Assembly: GCF_006345805.1 (NCBI RefSeq)
Contig: NC_043009.1
Location: 21,638,001 to 21,702,000 of the forward strand
Direction of reading: 5' to 3'
Source: Octopus sinensis
Taxonomy: Eukaryota
DNA: 64,000 bases
Below, one piece after another: positions 1 to 13,477 of the stretch. The notes beneath the pieces were generated by a model that searched no databases, was not told where the DNA came from, and saw only the letters and a list, made by a program, of their open reading frames with translations. Each line of letters begins with the position of its first letter. Positions within the stretch are counted from its first letter, which is position 1. The translations under genes and the position numbers were made by a program.

Positions 1-415
1 AACCTATTGAGGCAAGTGAAATCGAAATCAAATTCAATGACTGGCATCCATGCTAGTGGAGCGCTAAGAGTACCATACGAGCATGATCGTTGCCAGAGCA
101 GCAAGCTGTCTTCCGTGCTGGTGGCACGTGAAAAACATTGCCAGTGCTGCTGGACTGGCTCCTGTGCAGGTGGCACATAAAAAGCACCATTTGAGTGTGG
201 CCGTTGCCAGTACCGCCTGACTGGCCCTCATGCCAGTGGCACGTAAAAGCACCCACTACACTCTCGGAGTGGTTGGCGTTTGGAAGGGCATCCAGCTGTA
301 GAAACTCTGTCAGATCAAAATTGGAGTCTGGTGCAGCCATCTTGGTACGCCAGACCTGAGTTAAATCGTCCAACCCATGCTAGAATGGAAAGTGGACGTT
401 AGACGATGATGATGA
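1..415 (+). mobile_element. 5'-truncated RTE LINE 3' end with (GAT)n tail
   Basis: Matches the 3' UTR of the RTE at 59311-60070 (cccactacactctcggagtggttggcgtt...ccaacccatgctag...gatgatgat). Confidence 0.85.
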
Positions 416-499
416 TTTATTTATTTATTTACTGAGTTTTAAATGAAAAGTCTACGAAGTGAAAAGATAAATCAAGGGAGGTAACTCTAGCAGTCCTAC

Positions 500-739
500 C
501 TTCAACATTTTTATGTTGTTTTCAGCATCTGGAAGTAAATCAAGTGTTCTTTTCTTCACATGGTATTTTTCTTCTTTCTCGGCATTTTTCCTCTTGGTTA
601 GTTCAATTTCCTCCATCATTTTCTGCTTCCCAGCAACAAACTTTTTCATTTCTATATCAGTTTGTTCTGCCTTGGAACGATGGTCATTTAATTCTTCATT
701 TAATGCCTGAATCTCCTCTTCACGTTTCAATTTCTGCTC
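500..739 (-). CDS. CCDC22: CCDC22 exon 9, coiled coil (EQKLKREEEIQALNEEL...KRTLDLLPDAENNIKMLK); gene continues beyond the window start
   Basis: ttgtag| acceptor and |GTAGGA donor; similar to human LKSRAVELLPDGTANLAKLQ; 240 nt. Confidence 0.93.
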
Positions 740-811
740 CTACAATGAAATATATTTGTAAACAGAGATTTCAATTAATACGTGCATATCTATATGCATG
801 GGTGGGTGTGC

Positions 812-1185
812 ACGCATATTCTTTTACATATTTCAGTCACTTGACTGTGGCCATGCTGGAGCATGGCCTTCAAGGATTTTAGTCGAACAAATCAACACCA
901 GGATTTATTTTTTGAAGCTTAGTATTTATTCTATTGGTCTCTTTTGCCAAACCGCTAAGGTACAGGGGACATAAACACACCAACACTTGCCAAGCAGTGA
1001 TGAGTGACACACACACACACATATATATACACGAAGGGCTTCTTTCAGTTCCTGTCAACCAAATCCACTCACAGGGCATTGGGTGGCCCAAGACTATAGT
1101 AGAAGACACTTGTCCAAGGTGCCATGCAGTGAGACTGAACCCAGAACCATGTGGCTGGGAAGCAAGCTTCTTACCACACACCTAT
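812..1185 (-). mobile_element. tRNA-derived SINE, the dominant octopus-type family; further copies at ~18650-18950, 27510-27865, 28065-28955, 33420-33823, 37160-37540, 38050-38460, 39300-39610, 41100-41510
   Basis: Recurrent head gtggctgtgtggtaag...ggttcagtcccactg, body ggcaccttgggcaagtgtcttctactatag and tail gctccagcatggccacagtcaaatgactgaaac. Confidence 0.85.
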
Positions 1186-1774
1186 GTATGTATGTATGTA
1201 TGTATGTATGTATGTATGTACATACGTACATATGTATGTACATGTGTGTGTATGTGTGAATATACATAAATAAACACTTATTGTTTTGTTTCAGTCATTG
1301 GACGACGACCATGCTGGAGCACCATCTTATTGTTTAAACCTGGAATTTATTGTCAATCACTTTTGCCAGATTCTCTTTCAGTTGCCAACCACTACCTGAT
1401 TTTCAAGTATGGAATCTTATATTCCAGAGGTTTCCAAATGCATATGAATGACTGGTCATAATGTTTATAAGGGTTGTGAAAATCATTCATCATTTTGCTC
1501 GAGTAATGCTGCAGAAGGACAACATTCAGCTTTAGCACACACACACACACACATACATACACACATGAACAGATATGACAGACTTCCTACAGTTTATGTC
1601 TACTAAATTCATTTGCAAGGCATTAATCAGCTCAGGGATATAGTAGAAGGAACTTGCTCCAGGTGCCATGCAATAGGATTGAACCCATAACTACATTGTT
1701 GCAAAAGAAATTTAATCACACAGCCATGCTTGTAACCCTACCACACACACAGCAGAAAGTAAAATTTTACTTAC

Positions 1775-1837
1775 TTCTTCTGAATCTTCTGAAGTTTTAG
1801 TAGCGGCTTCACTAATTTGAGCAATTTTCTCATCTTC
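1775..1837 (-). CDS. CCDC22: CCDC22 exon 8 (EDEKIAQISEAATKTSEDSEE)
   Basis: atgcag| acceptor and |GTAAGT donor; 63 nt in frame between exons 7 and 9. Confidence 0.8.
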
Positions 1838-1869
1838 CTGCATTTAAAATAATAATAATAATAATAATA

Positions 1870-2700
1870 AAAATAATAATAATAATCCTTTATAAGCACA
1901 AGGCCTGAAACTTGGGAGTGGGGGGCTAGTTAAACCGAGTATGTAACTAGTACTTATTTCATCGACCTCAAAACGATGAAAGACAAAAATCAGCCTCAGC
2001 AGGATTTGAACTCAGAACGTAAGAATAGATGAAATACCACTAAGCATTTTTCTAAAGATTCTGCCAGCTCACCACCTTAATAATGAAAATAACGATATCA
2101 AATTTTGGCACAGGGCCAGCAAGTTCTGGGAATTTAGTAAGTCAATTACATTGACCTCAATCTTCAAATGGTACTTGTTTTATTGATCCCAAAGGCATGA
2201 AACGCAAAGTCAACTTCGGCAGAATTTGAACTCAGAATGTAAGGTCAGAAGAAATGCTGCTATGCATTTTGTCCAATGTGATAATGATTCTGCCAGCATG
2301 CCACTTTCTATAATAATAGTGATAATAATCCTTTCTTCTATAGGCACAAGGCCTGAAATTTTGGGCAAGAGAGCTTAATAATTACATTGATTCTGAGAGG
2401 AGGAAACAAAGTTGACCTCAGAGGAATTTGAATCCAGATCATAAGGACAGACGCACTACCACTAAGCATTTTATCTGGTATGCTAATGATTCTGCCAACC
2501 TACCACCTTGTTGTTGTTGTTGATGATGATTTCAAATTTTGGCACAAGGCCCGCAATATTAGGGTACATATTTTATTGACCCCAAAAAGATGAAAAGCAA
2601 ATTGAACCTTAGTAGAATTTCAACTCAGAACATAAAGACAGACAAAATATTTAGCAGTATTTTTGTCTGGCATAACAATTCTGCCAGCTCACCAACTTAA
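1870..2700 (-). mobile_element. Cluster of about four degenerate copies of a second tRNA-derived SINE (others at ~22420-22600, 26810-27000, 33040-33130 plus 34352-34470, 57860-58075)
   Basis: Repeated aggcacaaggcctgaaatt...gaatttgaactcagaa...ctgccagctc; on the minus strand a ttctgagttcaaattc B-box-like motif. Confidence 0.75.
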
Positions 2701-2707
2701 TAATAAT

Positions 2708-3258
2708 AAATGCCCTGATGCAGTTCCAAGTAGTGGCTCTCATGGATTCTGACCGTAACTGATTGGAAGTACATTGTTTTGTCTTGGTACAAAAGATGGG
2801 CTACTGCAAATATTCTGCTCAATACCACAGATTTGCTTATCAGTTTTTGACCTTGACCAGTTGAGCATGTCCTTTGGTGGCTGACAATATGTACATCTCT
2901 GATTACGAGCAGAAATAGTGGGGGAGCATCATAGACATGTGTTGACAGGATTTCTTTGGGCTTTGGATAATTCACCTCTAGAAACATAGGTGTTTTGTTC
3001 ATCATCCTTCAAACAAACCTTATTCAAGGATCTTTTGAGTGGGATGGGCGACTCAACCTGAAGAAAATTATAACTGGGTCCCACCTGCAAGGTCATGCAT
3101 TGTTTATCTTGATATGAGATCACCATGTTGTGCACATATGGCTGTGATGCATGTGCCTGGTGTATCCTTTATCTGACAGGTAATCCTGATGTGTATGTTG
3201 GACTTCGACCATTTGTACCCCAGTGTCACTTTGATGGCACACACTGCTCTCCCACTCC

Positions 3259-3297
<39 letters not shown>

Positions 3298-3855
3298 GCC
3301 CTGATGCAGTACCAGGCAGTGGCTCTCATGGCTTCTGATCTTAACTGATTGGAAGTGTTATCATGTACATTGTTTTGTCTTGGTATAAAAGATGGGCTAC
3401 AGCAAAAATTCTGCTCAATACCACAGATTTGCTTGTCAGTTGTTTGACCTTAACCAGTTGAGCATGTCCCTTAGTGGCTGACGATATGTGCATCTCTGAT
3501 CACGAGCAGAAGTAGTGGGGGAGCATCATAGCCATGTGTTGAGAGGGATTCTTTGGGGTTTGAATAGTACACCTCTGGAAACATGGGTGGTTCTTTCAAC
3601 ATCCTTAAACAACCCTTATTCAGGGACCGTTTGAGCGGGATGGGCCACTCAACCTGAAGAAAATTCTAACTGGGCCCCACCTGCAAGGTCATGTGCTGTT
3701 TATCTTGATATGAGATCACCATGTCGCGCACATATGGTTGTGATGCATGTGCCTGGTGTACCTTTATCAGACGGGTAGTCATGATGGGTATATTGGGCTT
3801 CGTATATTTTACCCCAGTGTCACTTTGATGGCATGAACTGCTCTCTCACTCAATG
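2708..3855. repeat. Two tandem copies (~2708-3262 and ~3294-3855) of a ~555-bp interspersed repeat bounded by (AAT)n; third copy at ~58145-58680
   Basis: gccctgatgcagtaccaggcagtggctctcatggcttctgatc...cactttgatggca...ctctc recurs three times; family not identified. Confidence 0.8.
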
Positions 3856-4456
3856 ATGATAATAATAATAATAATAATAATAATAACTAGCAGTACAACC
3901 CGGCCTTGCCCAGGATTAAGTTACGATTATTAAGTTAATCAAGTTCTTTATTTCAAACCAAACTAAGTAATATAGAGGTCAAATTTGGGCGAAATCCGTT
4001 GAAATTAGTTATATTATATATATATATATTATACATATTATATATATATTATATATATTATAAATATATATGGGCAACAGACACGAACAAACATACAGAC
4101 ACATACGTACGTACACCTATTGCATGTTTTGTGCATGCATACATGTTCATAAACAGAAATGAATGGAAAAATTGCTGTTAAATTTGTAGATAAACACTCG
4201 CACAATTTTCACTAAGAAAAAAGAATCGGTTTTTTTGCATGGAATCAACTACTCAGGCCTCAAAACCCTTTTTGTGGTCCGTGAAACGGAGTGTGGTGTG
4301 GTGGAAGCCTAGCATTTGAACCCATTCATAGCGTGTAATTCACTGACAATTGTTACTCACCTCTTTCTTTCTTTGTTGTTAAATAAATGGATTGTCAACA
4401 AAACACTTTTTTTACTTGGCGTGAAATAAAAACAAAACTCTTTCGCACCCAAAGTA

Positions 4457-4489
<33 letters not shown>

Positions 4490-4747
4490 GAGAAAGATGA
4501 ATGATTTAAAATAAATATATTGCAATTGTTGTGTGAGAAAGTATATATACTATGATTATAAAATATAGTGTGACTTTCAAAAACAAAAAACAAAACATTT
4601 TACATTTTATTTTTTATGATTGTAGTCACTTACTCTCTCTCTCTCTCCCTCTCTCACTTTGTCTTTCCCGTGAAACTCTCTGCCTCCTTGTTCCACATTT
4701 CTTTATCTTATTTTTATTTTGTTAGACGCCATCAAAAAGTAATCATA

Positions 4748-5002
4748 TCTATAAAAGTGGGCATGTGCGTGCGTGTGTCTATGTGACTGTAATTTATGCA
4801 CGTCGACAAATAAGCACACATAACGCTCACATTTTAGGAAGACTTTTTCAACACCCTATCTGGGTTTTGTCAACTTATTTTTTTCCCCGAGGCACCCGTG
4901 GGTAGCGTAAACAGCCTTAGCTTTTTTGCCAGCATCTAAAAAAAAAATAAGATAAAGAAAAGTGGAAGAAAGAGGAAGAGAGTTTCACGGGAAAGACAAA
5001 GT

Positions 5003-5033
<31 letters not shown>

Positions 5034-6217
5034 TAAATGCCAACTTTCATAAACTGCCTTAGCTTTTATACCAGGGTTCAACAAAACAACAAATAAGATA
5101 GAGAAAATTTGAAGAGAGCGGCAGAGAGTTTCACGTAAAAGACAAAGTGAGAGAGGGAGAGACAGAGAGTAAATGCCAACTTTCATAAACTGCCTTGGCA
5201 TTTTTGCCAGGGTCCAACAAAAATAAGAGAAAGAAAATTTGAAGAAGGCGACAGAGAGTTTCACGGGAAAGACAAAGTGAGAGAGGGAGAGACAGAGAGT
5301 AAATGCCAACGTTCATAAACTGCCTTAGCTTTTTTGCCAGGGTCCAACAAAAAAAAAACGATAAAGAAAAGTGGAAGAAGGAGGCAGAGAGTTTCACGGG
5401 AAAGACAAAGTGAGAGAGGGAGAGACAGAGATTAAATGCCAACATTCATAAACAGCCTTGGCTTTTATGCCAGGGTCCAACAAAAAAGAAATAAGATAAA
5501 GAAAATTTGAAGAAGGCCACAGAGAGTTTCATGTGAAAGACAAAGTGAGAGGGAGAGACAGAGATTGAATGACAACGCTCATAAACAGCCTTAGCTTTTT
5601 TGCCAGGGTTCAATAAAAACAAAATAAGATAAAGAAAAGTGAAACAAGGAGGCAGAGAGTTTCATGGGAAAGACAAAGTGAGAGAGGGAGAAACAGAGAT
5701 TAAAGGACAATGTTCATAAACAGCCTTAGGTGTTTTGCCAGCATCTAACAAAAAGAAAATAAGAGGGTTTCATGGGGAAAGACAAATGGAGAGAGAGTGT
5801 AATTTATGACGTTCATAAAAAATAAAATGTAAAATGTTTTGTTTTTTGTTTTTGAAAGACACTATATTTTATAATCATAGTATAATATACTACACTAAAA
5901 ATCGTGCTAGTGTTAATCTACAAATTTAACATTTTTTCCATTCATCTCTTTTTATGAACATGTATGCGTGTACAAAACATGCAATAGGTGTACGTACGTA
6001 CATGTGTGTATGTGTGTTTGTGTCTGTTGCCCACATATATTTATATCTCTTATTATAATTATATTATATATATATAATATATATATATAATATAACTAAT
6101 TTCAACGGATTTCGCCCAAATTTGACCTCTATATTACTTAGTTTGGTTTGAAATAAAGAACTTGATTAGCTTAATAACTGTAACTTAATCACGGGCAAGG
6201 CCGGGTTATACTGCTAG
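4748..6217 (+). mobile_element. Non-autonomous Helitron of the same family, inserted in opposite orientation inside the outer copy
   Basis: A|TCTATAAAAG at 4748; cacgggcaaggccgggttatactgCTAG|T at 6214-6217; AT target with no TSD. Confidence 0.88.
4915..5790 (+). repeat. About seven copies of a ~120-135-bp purine-rich tandem repeat inside the inner Helitron
   Basis: Recurring gagagtttcacgggaaagacaaagtgagagagggagagacagag...aaatgccaac.ttcataaac. Confidence 0.9.
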
Positions 6218-6520
6218 TGGCTGATATTTCTTATGGTTAAAAGCTATGGATGAAAATAGATTTTTACCCTATCCGCGGGTGCCTCGGGAAAAAAATAAGT
6301 TGACAAAACCCAGATAGGTTCTTGACAAATGTCCTCCTAAAATTTGTGCGACATGTGTGCTAATTTGTGGACGTGCATAAATTACAATCACGGACATACA
6401 CACATCCTCCCTTTTATAGATATGATAGTAATAATAATAATAACAATAATAATAATAATAATCTCTGTATATTGTTTTTAATCAGCCAATCAAGACTAAT
6501 ATAGTAAAATGGTAACTTAC

Positions 6521-6721
6521 TTTAGTGAATTGCAGTTTCTCAGTGTGGGTGAAACGAGAACCTTTCATTTTTGGTACGTCTGAAGCTGCTATAGCTTTAA
6601 TCACTTCTTTTAGGTCTTCAGAAGACTGCGAATCAATTCTAATATTTTGATGTTCTATATTTTGGTGAATATGGTCTGCCAAGCGTTTCTTAATTCGTTG
6701 CCGCTTCTTCTCATAGTATTC
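6521..6721 (-). CDS. CCDC22: CCDC22 exon 7 (EYYEKKRQRIKKRLADHIHQ...PKMKGSRFTHTEKLQFTK)
   Basis: taaag| acceptor and |GTAAGT donor; contains the conserved KGSRFTHxEK motif; 201 nt. Confidence 0.93.
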
Positions 6722-6736
6722 CTTTAAAAAATAATG

Positions 6737-6780
<44 letters not shown>

Positions 6781-6950
6781 TAAACACACATACATACATA
6801 TACAGACTATGATTATGACATAAAGCATCCGGCTGTAAATTATGTGATGGTTAGAATACACAACACTTGAAATAGTGCTATAGTTCTGTACTTAACAACC
6901 AGAAACATAGAAAATATATATCCCTCATTCTTCTCCTGTTTCACCATTAA

Positions 6951-8247
6951 CCCCTTCGTTACTAATCTGGCCGTACCCAGCCGAAAAATTTTTTTGTTCA
7001 TAATACCAACCCGGCCGTAGCCGGCCGAGAGAACCTATTGTTATTTAAATATAAATTTGAACCCAAATCTCGTTGGTACATTCGTTAAAACATGTGATTT
7101 CACTTTGTAAATAGTTGGTTTATATTAACCGACATTGCTTGAAGTGATACCTCAACTCAGTGAATTTTGGGAGATTTTTTCCACATTTTTTTTGGCATCG
7201 ATTTTTCTTCAACTTTGAAAATGGATAGGAGTTTCATGTTATCAAGCACTGATTCCGAATTTAAAGCTTTTTCAACGGAAAATAGGAAGATATCGAGAAA
7301 AAGAATGAAATAGGTATTAAAGCACGTGGTGTACAAAATAATGAATAGGATATTTTTTTTATCCAAAAATGAAAGCAGCGATTCCGAAGAAACAAAGCGG
7401 CGATGGCGACAGCAAAGATGATTTTACATCGGAATGAAGTAAAAAACTTTAAAGATGTTTTTATTAACAATTTTTCTGAGGAGATAGAGTTTATCTATAG
7501 TCTTTCTTAGGAAGCGAAACCATTAGACTTTTATTTTTTTCAGTATGCTTGTTTGAAGCAATCAATGCGGAAACAAATTAACGCAGATTGTAAACAAACA
7601 CAAAATGGGGGATCAAAGTTTGGAAAATTTGTGAAGCAAATATTGGGTACTGCATGGATTTAGTTTTTATACAGGGAAAATAATGTTAGTCAGCATGGCC
7701 TAGGGAACGATGTGGTCTGGAATTTATCACCTCCATACCATAACCAGGGCCGTATATTATTTTTTGACCGATTTTTTTAGTTCGGTCAAACTTGCGGTGG
7801 ATTCCAGTATTTCAGTTTATTCCACCTTTATGGTACACCTGTTGTGCATTAAATTCAACTGATGATCTAGTGATGTGCACAATTCTTCTTTATCAAAATT
7901 TTGTTGCATACCCATTTGAATATTAGCTGATGATTCATTTTCTAAGGTGATGTTTAAACAAAATTTTAATATCTTTACCTTTTGCTCAATTTAAAATTTT
8001 AATATTTTTACCTTTTGCTCAATTTACCTGGATTTACCTGTAATTAAAGTCACTTTGAGACAAAAGTTATGCAATAGAATTGATTAAGAACCCTTTCTTT
8101 AATTATGTTCCAAATATCACATTAATATGTTGATAAGTAAAAAAGTTACAGTTATTTAATGAAACAAGCCTAAATTCATGATTATTTTAGAATTTAATTG
8201 AAACTCATGAGGGGTGTATTTTGGTCAGAAATATAGTAGCGAAAGGG
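6951..8247 (+). mobile_element. Decayed piggyBac DNA transposon
   Basis: TTAA on both flanks (6947-50, 8248-51); termini ccccttcgttacta / tagtagcgaaaggg; transposase remnants at ~7600-7790 (GIKVWKICEANIGYC; GRILFFDRFFSSV, compare piggyBac YGIKVW and DNFFTS motifs). Confidence 0.82.
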
Positions 8248-8770
8248 TTAAAGTTTTTCTGCTCAACACAGCCAGTCATCTTCAAACCTCCATCATTGCT
8301 TTCTGGTTCCACTCAATCAGGCATATCTTCTCTTCTAAAAAGTGAATAGTCATATAGCTCCTCTACAGCAAGAAACCTGCTTTGCTCTGACCCCTTCGCT
8401 CATTCTTTTACTCATCTTTTGTCCCTTATCTCCAGGAATAATGTTGCTCCCTGCATGACACCCTTATTCATGCTGGTGGCACAAAAAAAGTACCCAGCCA
8501 TAGAAACTATGACAAAGTAGACAGTGGAGCATGATGCAGTTCTTGGGCCTATCAGAATGTGTCAGACCATCCAACCCATGCCAGCATGGAAATGGATATT
8601 CAATAATGATGATGATGACAATGGTGATAGGGCATCCAGTTCTGGAAACCATGCCAAAGCAGGCACTGAAGATAGACGCAGTTAGATCCTGTCAAACCAT
8701 CCAATGCTAACATTGAAGATGGACATCATTTAAATGGTGATGATAACAAAGATATATAAATATATATTTC

Positions 8771-8809
<39 letters not shown>

Positions 8810-9099
8810 GTGAAGTGAAGAAATGGAGCTGAATGAAGATTCTACAAAATTCCTTTTTATTATTTTCTACACATGTGTAGAAAATAATAAAAACTAATAA
8901 AATAATAAAAACTAATAATAAAAACTAATAAAATAATAAAAACTAATATAAAACTTCAATTATCCGCGCTAAGGCACGGTTGCGACACACCATGGTCGTA
9001 ACCTCAACCGTGTTTTTTTTCTGTTGTGATTTTTGCTACCCAGGTATCGGTTAAATTTTGAATAATCCGTAACAAGATAATTCATTTATCCATTTCAAT

Positions 9100-9132
<33 letters not shown>

Positions 9133-9610
9133 GTGCCAGTGCTAGTAGGGTGCCAAGAGCACCATCCGAGTGTGATCATTGCGAGAGCAGCCAACTGGCT
9201 GCACATAAAAGGGCATCATTCGAGCATGATTGTTACCAACATCGCCTTACTGGCACCTGTGCTGGTGGCATGTGTAAAAAGACTCGAACGAGGTCATTGC
9301 CAGTACCACCTGACTGGCCCCCGTGCTGTGGAAAGTAAAAGGCCACCATTTGAGCGTGATCGTTACCAGCGTCGCCTTACTGGCACCTGTGCCGTGGCAT
9401 GTGTAAAAAGACTGGCCCTCATGCTGGTGGCACGTAAAAAGCACCCACTACACTCTCGGAGTGGTTGGCGTTAGGAAGGGCATCCAGCTGTAGAAACCCT
9501 GCCAGATCAAGACTGGAGCCTGGTGCAGCCATCTGGTTCACCAGCCCTCAGTCAAAATCGTCCAACCCATGCTAGCATGGAAAACGGACATTAAATGATG
9601 ATGATGATGA

Positions 9611-9612
<2 letters not shown>
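9133..9612 (+). mobile_element. RTE LINE 3' end fragment with (GAT)n tail; similar fragments at ~19740-20175, 20745-21345, 22780-22930, 26648-26750, 30870-31075, 38820-39050, 55135-55290
   Basis: Matches the 3' UTR of the RTE at 59311-60070. Confidence 0.85.
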
Positions 9613-9643
<31 letters not shown>

Positions 9644-9797
9644 AACACACACACACATATATACATATCTATATACATATATGTACATATATATATATAC
9701 ACACATATATATATATACATATATATATATATGTATGTATACATACATACACACACACATATATGCATATATATATGTATACATACATACACATACA

Positions 9798-12700
9798 TGA
9801 CGGCCGTCCATTCGTGACCGAGGAAGACCATTGCCGACCTTCAGGAACATTGTGCGCTCTAGAACTAACTTATATTTTGCATTTTCGGCTCCGTTGGTGG
9901 CTAATGAGCCCTGCTCTTGACAAGCATATACGACTGCAAACATTGCAGACCAAGCTTTCCTCATTCACTATACGAGCCGTGCGCTTTCGCGCAGCTCGCT
10001 TAAGTTCTTCATGCTGGATACGTGCTCTCTCAAAAGTGTCGATCCCCTCCTTAACCTGCTTCCTCTATCAGTGGCGATGACAGGCATTGTTCTCCCAGTC
10101 AGTGTCCTGCATATCAAAGGCCTTTAACGAGGACTTGACACAGTCCTTAAATCACAGCCTTGATTTCTGCCGGAGTCTCCTTCCATTCACAAGTTCTCTA
10201 TAGAGCATCTGCTTAGGAATCTTTCTATCCTCTATTCTAATAAGGTGACCAGTCCAACGCAACCGGTGCTTGTGTACCATCGCCTCAATACTCAAGATAT
10301 CAGCTGTCCTCAGGATCTGAGTGTCTGGAATTTTTGAGGTTCAGCCAACATTGAGAATGTGTCTGAAACATCTCTGATGAAAACGTTCAAGGACCCTTAC
10401 CTGACGTTTGTACAGAGTCACATGAGTAGAGAAGCAATGTCAGTACACAAGCACGGTACACAGCAACTTTTGTTCTCCTTGCAATGCCATGTTGGGACCA
10501 GACACAAGACTGAAGAGACCAGAAAGAATTAGTTGCTCTCTGCAACCTGAAAGATATTTCCTCATCCAGGGAGCAAGAACGGCTGAGTGTGCTGCCCAGG
10601 TAGACAAACTTGTCTACTACCTTCAGAATTGTTCCTTCAACCAAGATAGCTGGTTCTATATATGGATTTTCTAGTGCAGGCTGGAACATTACAACAGTCT
10701 TGTCCAGGCTAATGCTGAGTCCAAATGCCCTGCAAGAAGCAGAAATGCAATTCATGAGTATTTGCATGTCATCCACTGTATGAGTGACTAAGTCCCAGTC
10801 ATCTGCATAAAGGAGGTCACGAATAATAGACTGGGAAACCTTTGAAATCGGTGAAGATTAAAGAGGCGGCCAGAAGATCGATACCTGACATATATTCCCA
10901 GAGAGCTAACCTTAGCAAAAGCATGAGTAAAAGTAGCAGCAAAGTACAAAGAAAAGAGAGTTGGGGCAAGGATGTCACTCTGCTTAACACCATTCTCTAC
11001 AGGAATGGGTCCCGCCATGGCACCACCAACATTGACCCAAGCCTCCATCCCATCATGAAATGGTTTAATTATAGATACAAAGTGATCCGGACATCCAAGT
11101 TTGCCAAGTATTTTCCATAGAAAGGCCCTATTTACAGTATCAAAGGCCTTAGTTAATTATAGATACAAAGTGATCCGGACATCCAAGTTTGCCAAGTATT
11201 TTCCATAGAAAGGCCCTATTTACAGTATCAAAGGCCTTAGTTAAATCAATGAATGAATACCTGGACAAGATCCATATTCTGCTCATAGCACTTCTCCTGC
11301 ATCTGTCTTGCTGTGAAAATCATATCCATTGTCCCTCTACCAGATCGGAAGCCACATTGAGATTCAGATAGGACATCATTTACGAGACACCCATTCAGAC
11401 AGGTAAGAAGAATATTTGCCAGAACCTTGCCAGCAGCTGATAGAAGAGCAATACCTCTGTAGTTACCACACATTGTTCTGGCTCCTTTTCCTTTATATAG
11501 AGGAATAATTGCATCCTTCCAGTCCTTAGGGATTGCACCATCCCTCCAGACTGCACTAATAAGTTCATGAAGGAACTGTGTGATGCAATTACCACCAAAT
11601 CGCAAGACCTCAGCACAAATTCCATCCTTTCCAGGTGCCCTACCAAGATTCAATTTACTTATTGATGTCATTACTTCATGTATTGATGGCGAGGAGTCTA
11701 AGGAGTCAATGATAGGTCTTTGTTTCATAGTATCAATCACTGTTTCATCCACAACTGACTCATGGTTTAGGAGTTCAGAGAAGTGTTTGATCATGCGACC
11801 TGTGATTTCTGTTGATTTAGTAAACAGAGTGGAAGACTCCTTGGAAAGCAAAGGAGCTGATGTGGAGCTCTTAGGTCCATAAGCTCGCTTCATAAGATGG
11901 TAAAGCTTCTTGCTGTCATTTGCATCAGCAGCAGCCTGAACATCACGAGCAAGATCCTCCCACCAAGTGTTTTGCATCTTCCTGAGAGATTGCTGCAGTA
12001 GTGATTTTACACTGTTATAGTGGGCAAGTGCTAGACTTCGCTGCACAGTAGACAGTTCTCTGTGCAGCAACACACTGTGGGCATGGCACTTTACCACTAA
12101 TAGCCGTTGAATTTCAGCATCATTCTCATCAAACCAGTCTCTGTATCTCTCAGTAACATACCCCAGTGTTTCGGCTGCACATTGAACAACCTGGTCTCGA
12201 AAATCTTCCCATCCTGCAGCATTTTCAATGCTGGACAAGCGAGTCTGAAGCTCTTTCCTAACCACATCATATACCTTGTGAACATTTAGACGGCGAGGAA
12301 TGCTGACTGGCCCTCTTCTCTCTTTCGCCCTAATCACCATTTGGAACTTTGCTCGCACCAGACTGTGGTCTGTCCAGCATTCTGATCCATGCAAGGACTT
12401 GACATTACAAATGTCATAAATGTCGCGCTTGCGGATGATGACATAATCCAGCAAGTGCCAAACTTTGGACCTTGGATGCATCCATATTGTTGTGTGATCA
12501 CCTTTGTGCACAAAATGAGTACTTGCAATGTAAAGTCCATGTAAAGTCCAAAGCTCCAGTAGCATGAGACCATTGCTATTCATTTTCCCTACTCCAAAAC
12601 GTCCTAGAGAGTTCCATGTTTGCCAGTCTGTTCCTACTCTGGCATTAAAATCCCCCAGTAGAATGACTTTATCAGAATTGGGGATTTTTCTAAGTATGGC

Positions 12701-13446
12701 TCTCAGCTGGGTATAAAAGATCGTTTTATCTTCATCACAGCTAGTCAAAGTAGGTGCATAGGCACTTATTAGAGTAGCAAACCGCTTACCTTTCAAGTGC
12801 AACCGTAGGGTCATTATACGTTCATTTATAGGAACAAGGAGCTCTTCCAACTTCTTCAGGATATCAGATTGGACTGCAAAACCAACACCAGCCTCTCTGC
12901 GCTCCTCCTTCTGCCTTCCTTTCCAAAATAAGGTGTATCCGCCTCCTACTTCCTCAAGCTGACCATCACCTTCTATACGAGTCTCTGAGAGTGCAGCTAT
13001 ATCAATTTTATAACGGTTCAGCTCACGAGCAACAAGTGCAGTGCGTCTTTCAGGCCTGCAATCACTCTTGTTGTCCAACAGAGTACGCACATTCCAACAT
13101 GAAATGTTTAAGTTCCGTCCAGATTTTATAGATAAAAGACTCTTTGTTTTTCGAGCGCAGGGTGGACATCCGTCAGTCGCGCTAAACTGACCAGATATGG
13201 AAAGACAGGCAATTTTTGGTTCACCTTTTCTAGAACCTCCCCGGTCTCCAGGTGAGCAGTGCCCTCTCCAAATGGAGCTGCTCAGACACCCATGCAGCAA
13301 CCGAATCCTACCGCTGTCTTGGGCGACAAGGAGACGACTTCATATCTAGCATGGGCCGCCTACGTGCAGGTCGCTGACTACATGCTTCCAACCCGTCAGG
13401 TCTGCATGCTTCACCACCTTCCCATCGCCGCAGGACTTCCGAATAA

Positions 13447-13477
<31 letters not shown>

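Larger units (their letters stand above)
3887..6420 (-). mobile_element. Non-autonomous Helitron, outer copy
   Basis: Minus-strand 5' end A|TCTATAAAAG at 6420; 3' GC hairpin (gggcaaggccggg) then CTAG|T at 3887-3890. Confidence 0.85.
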
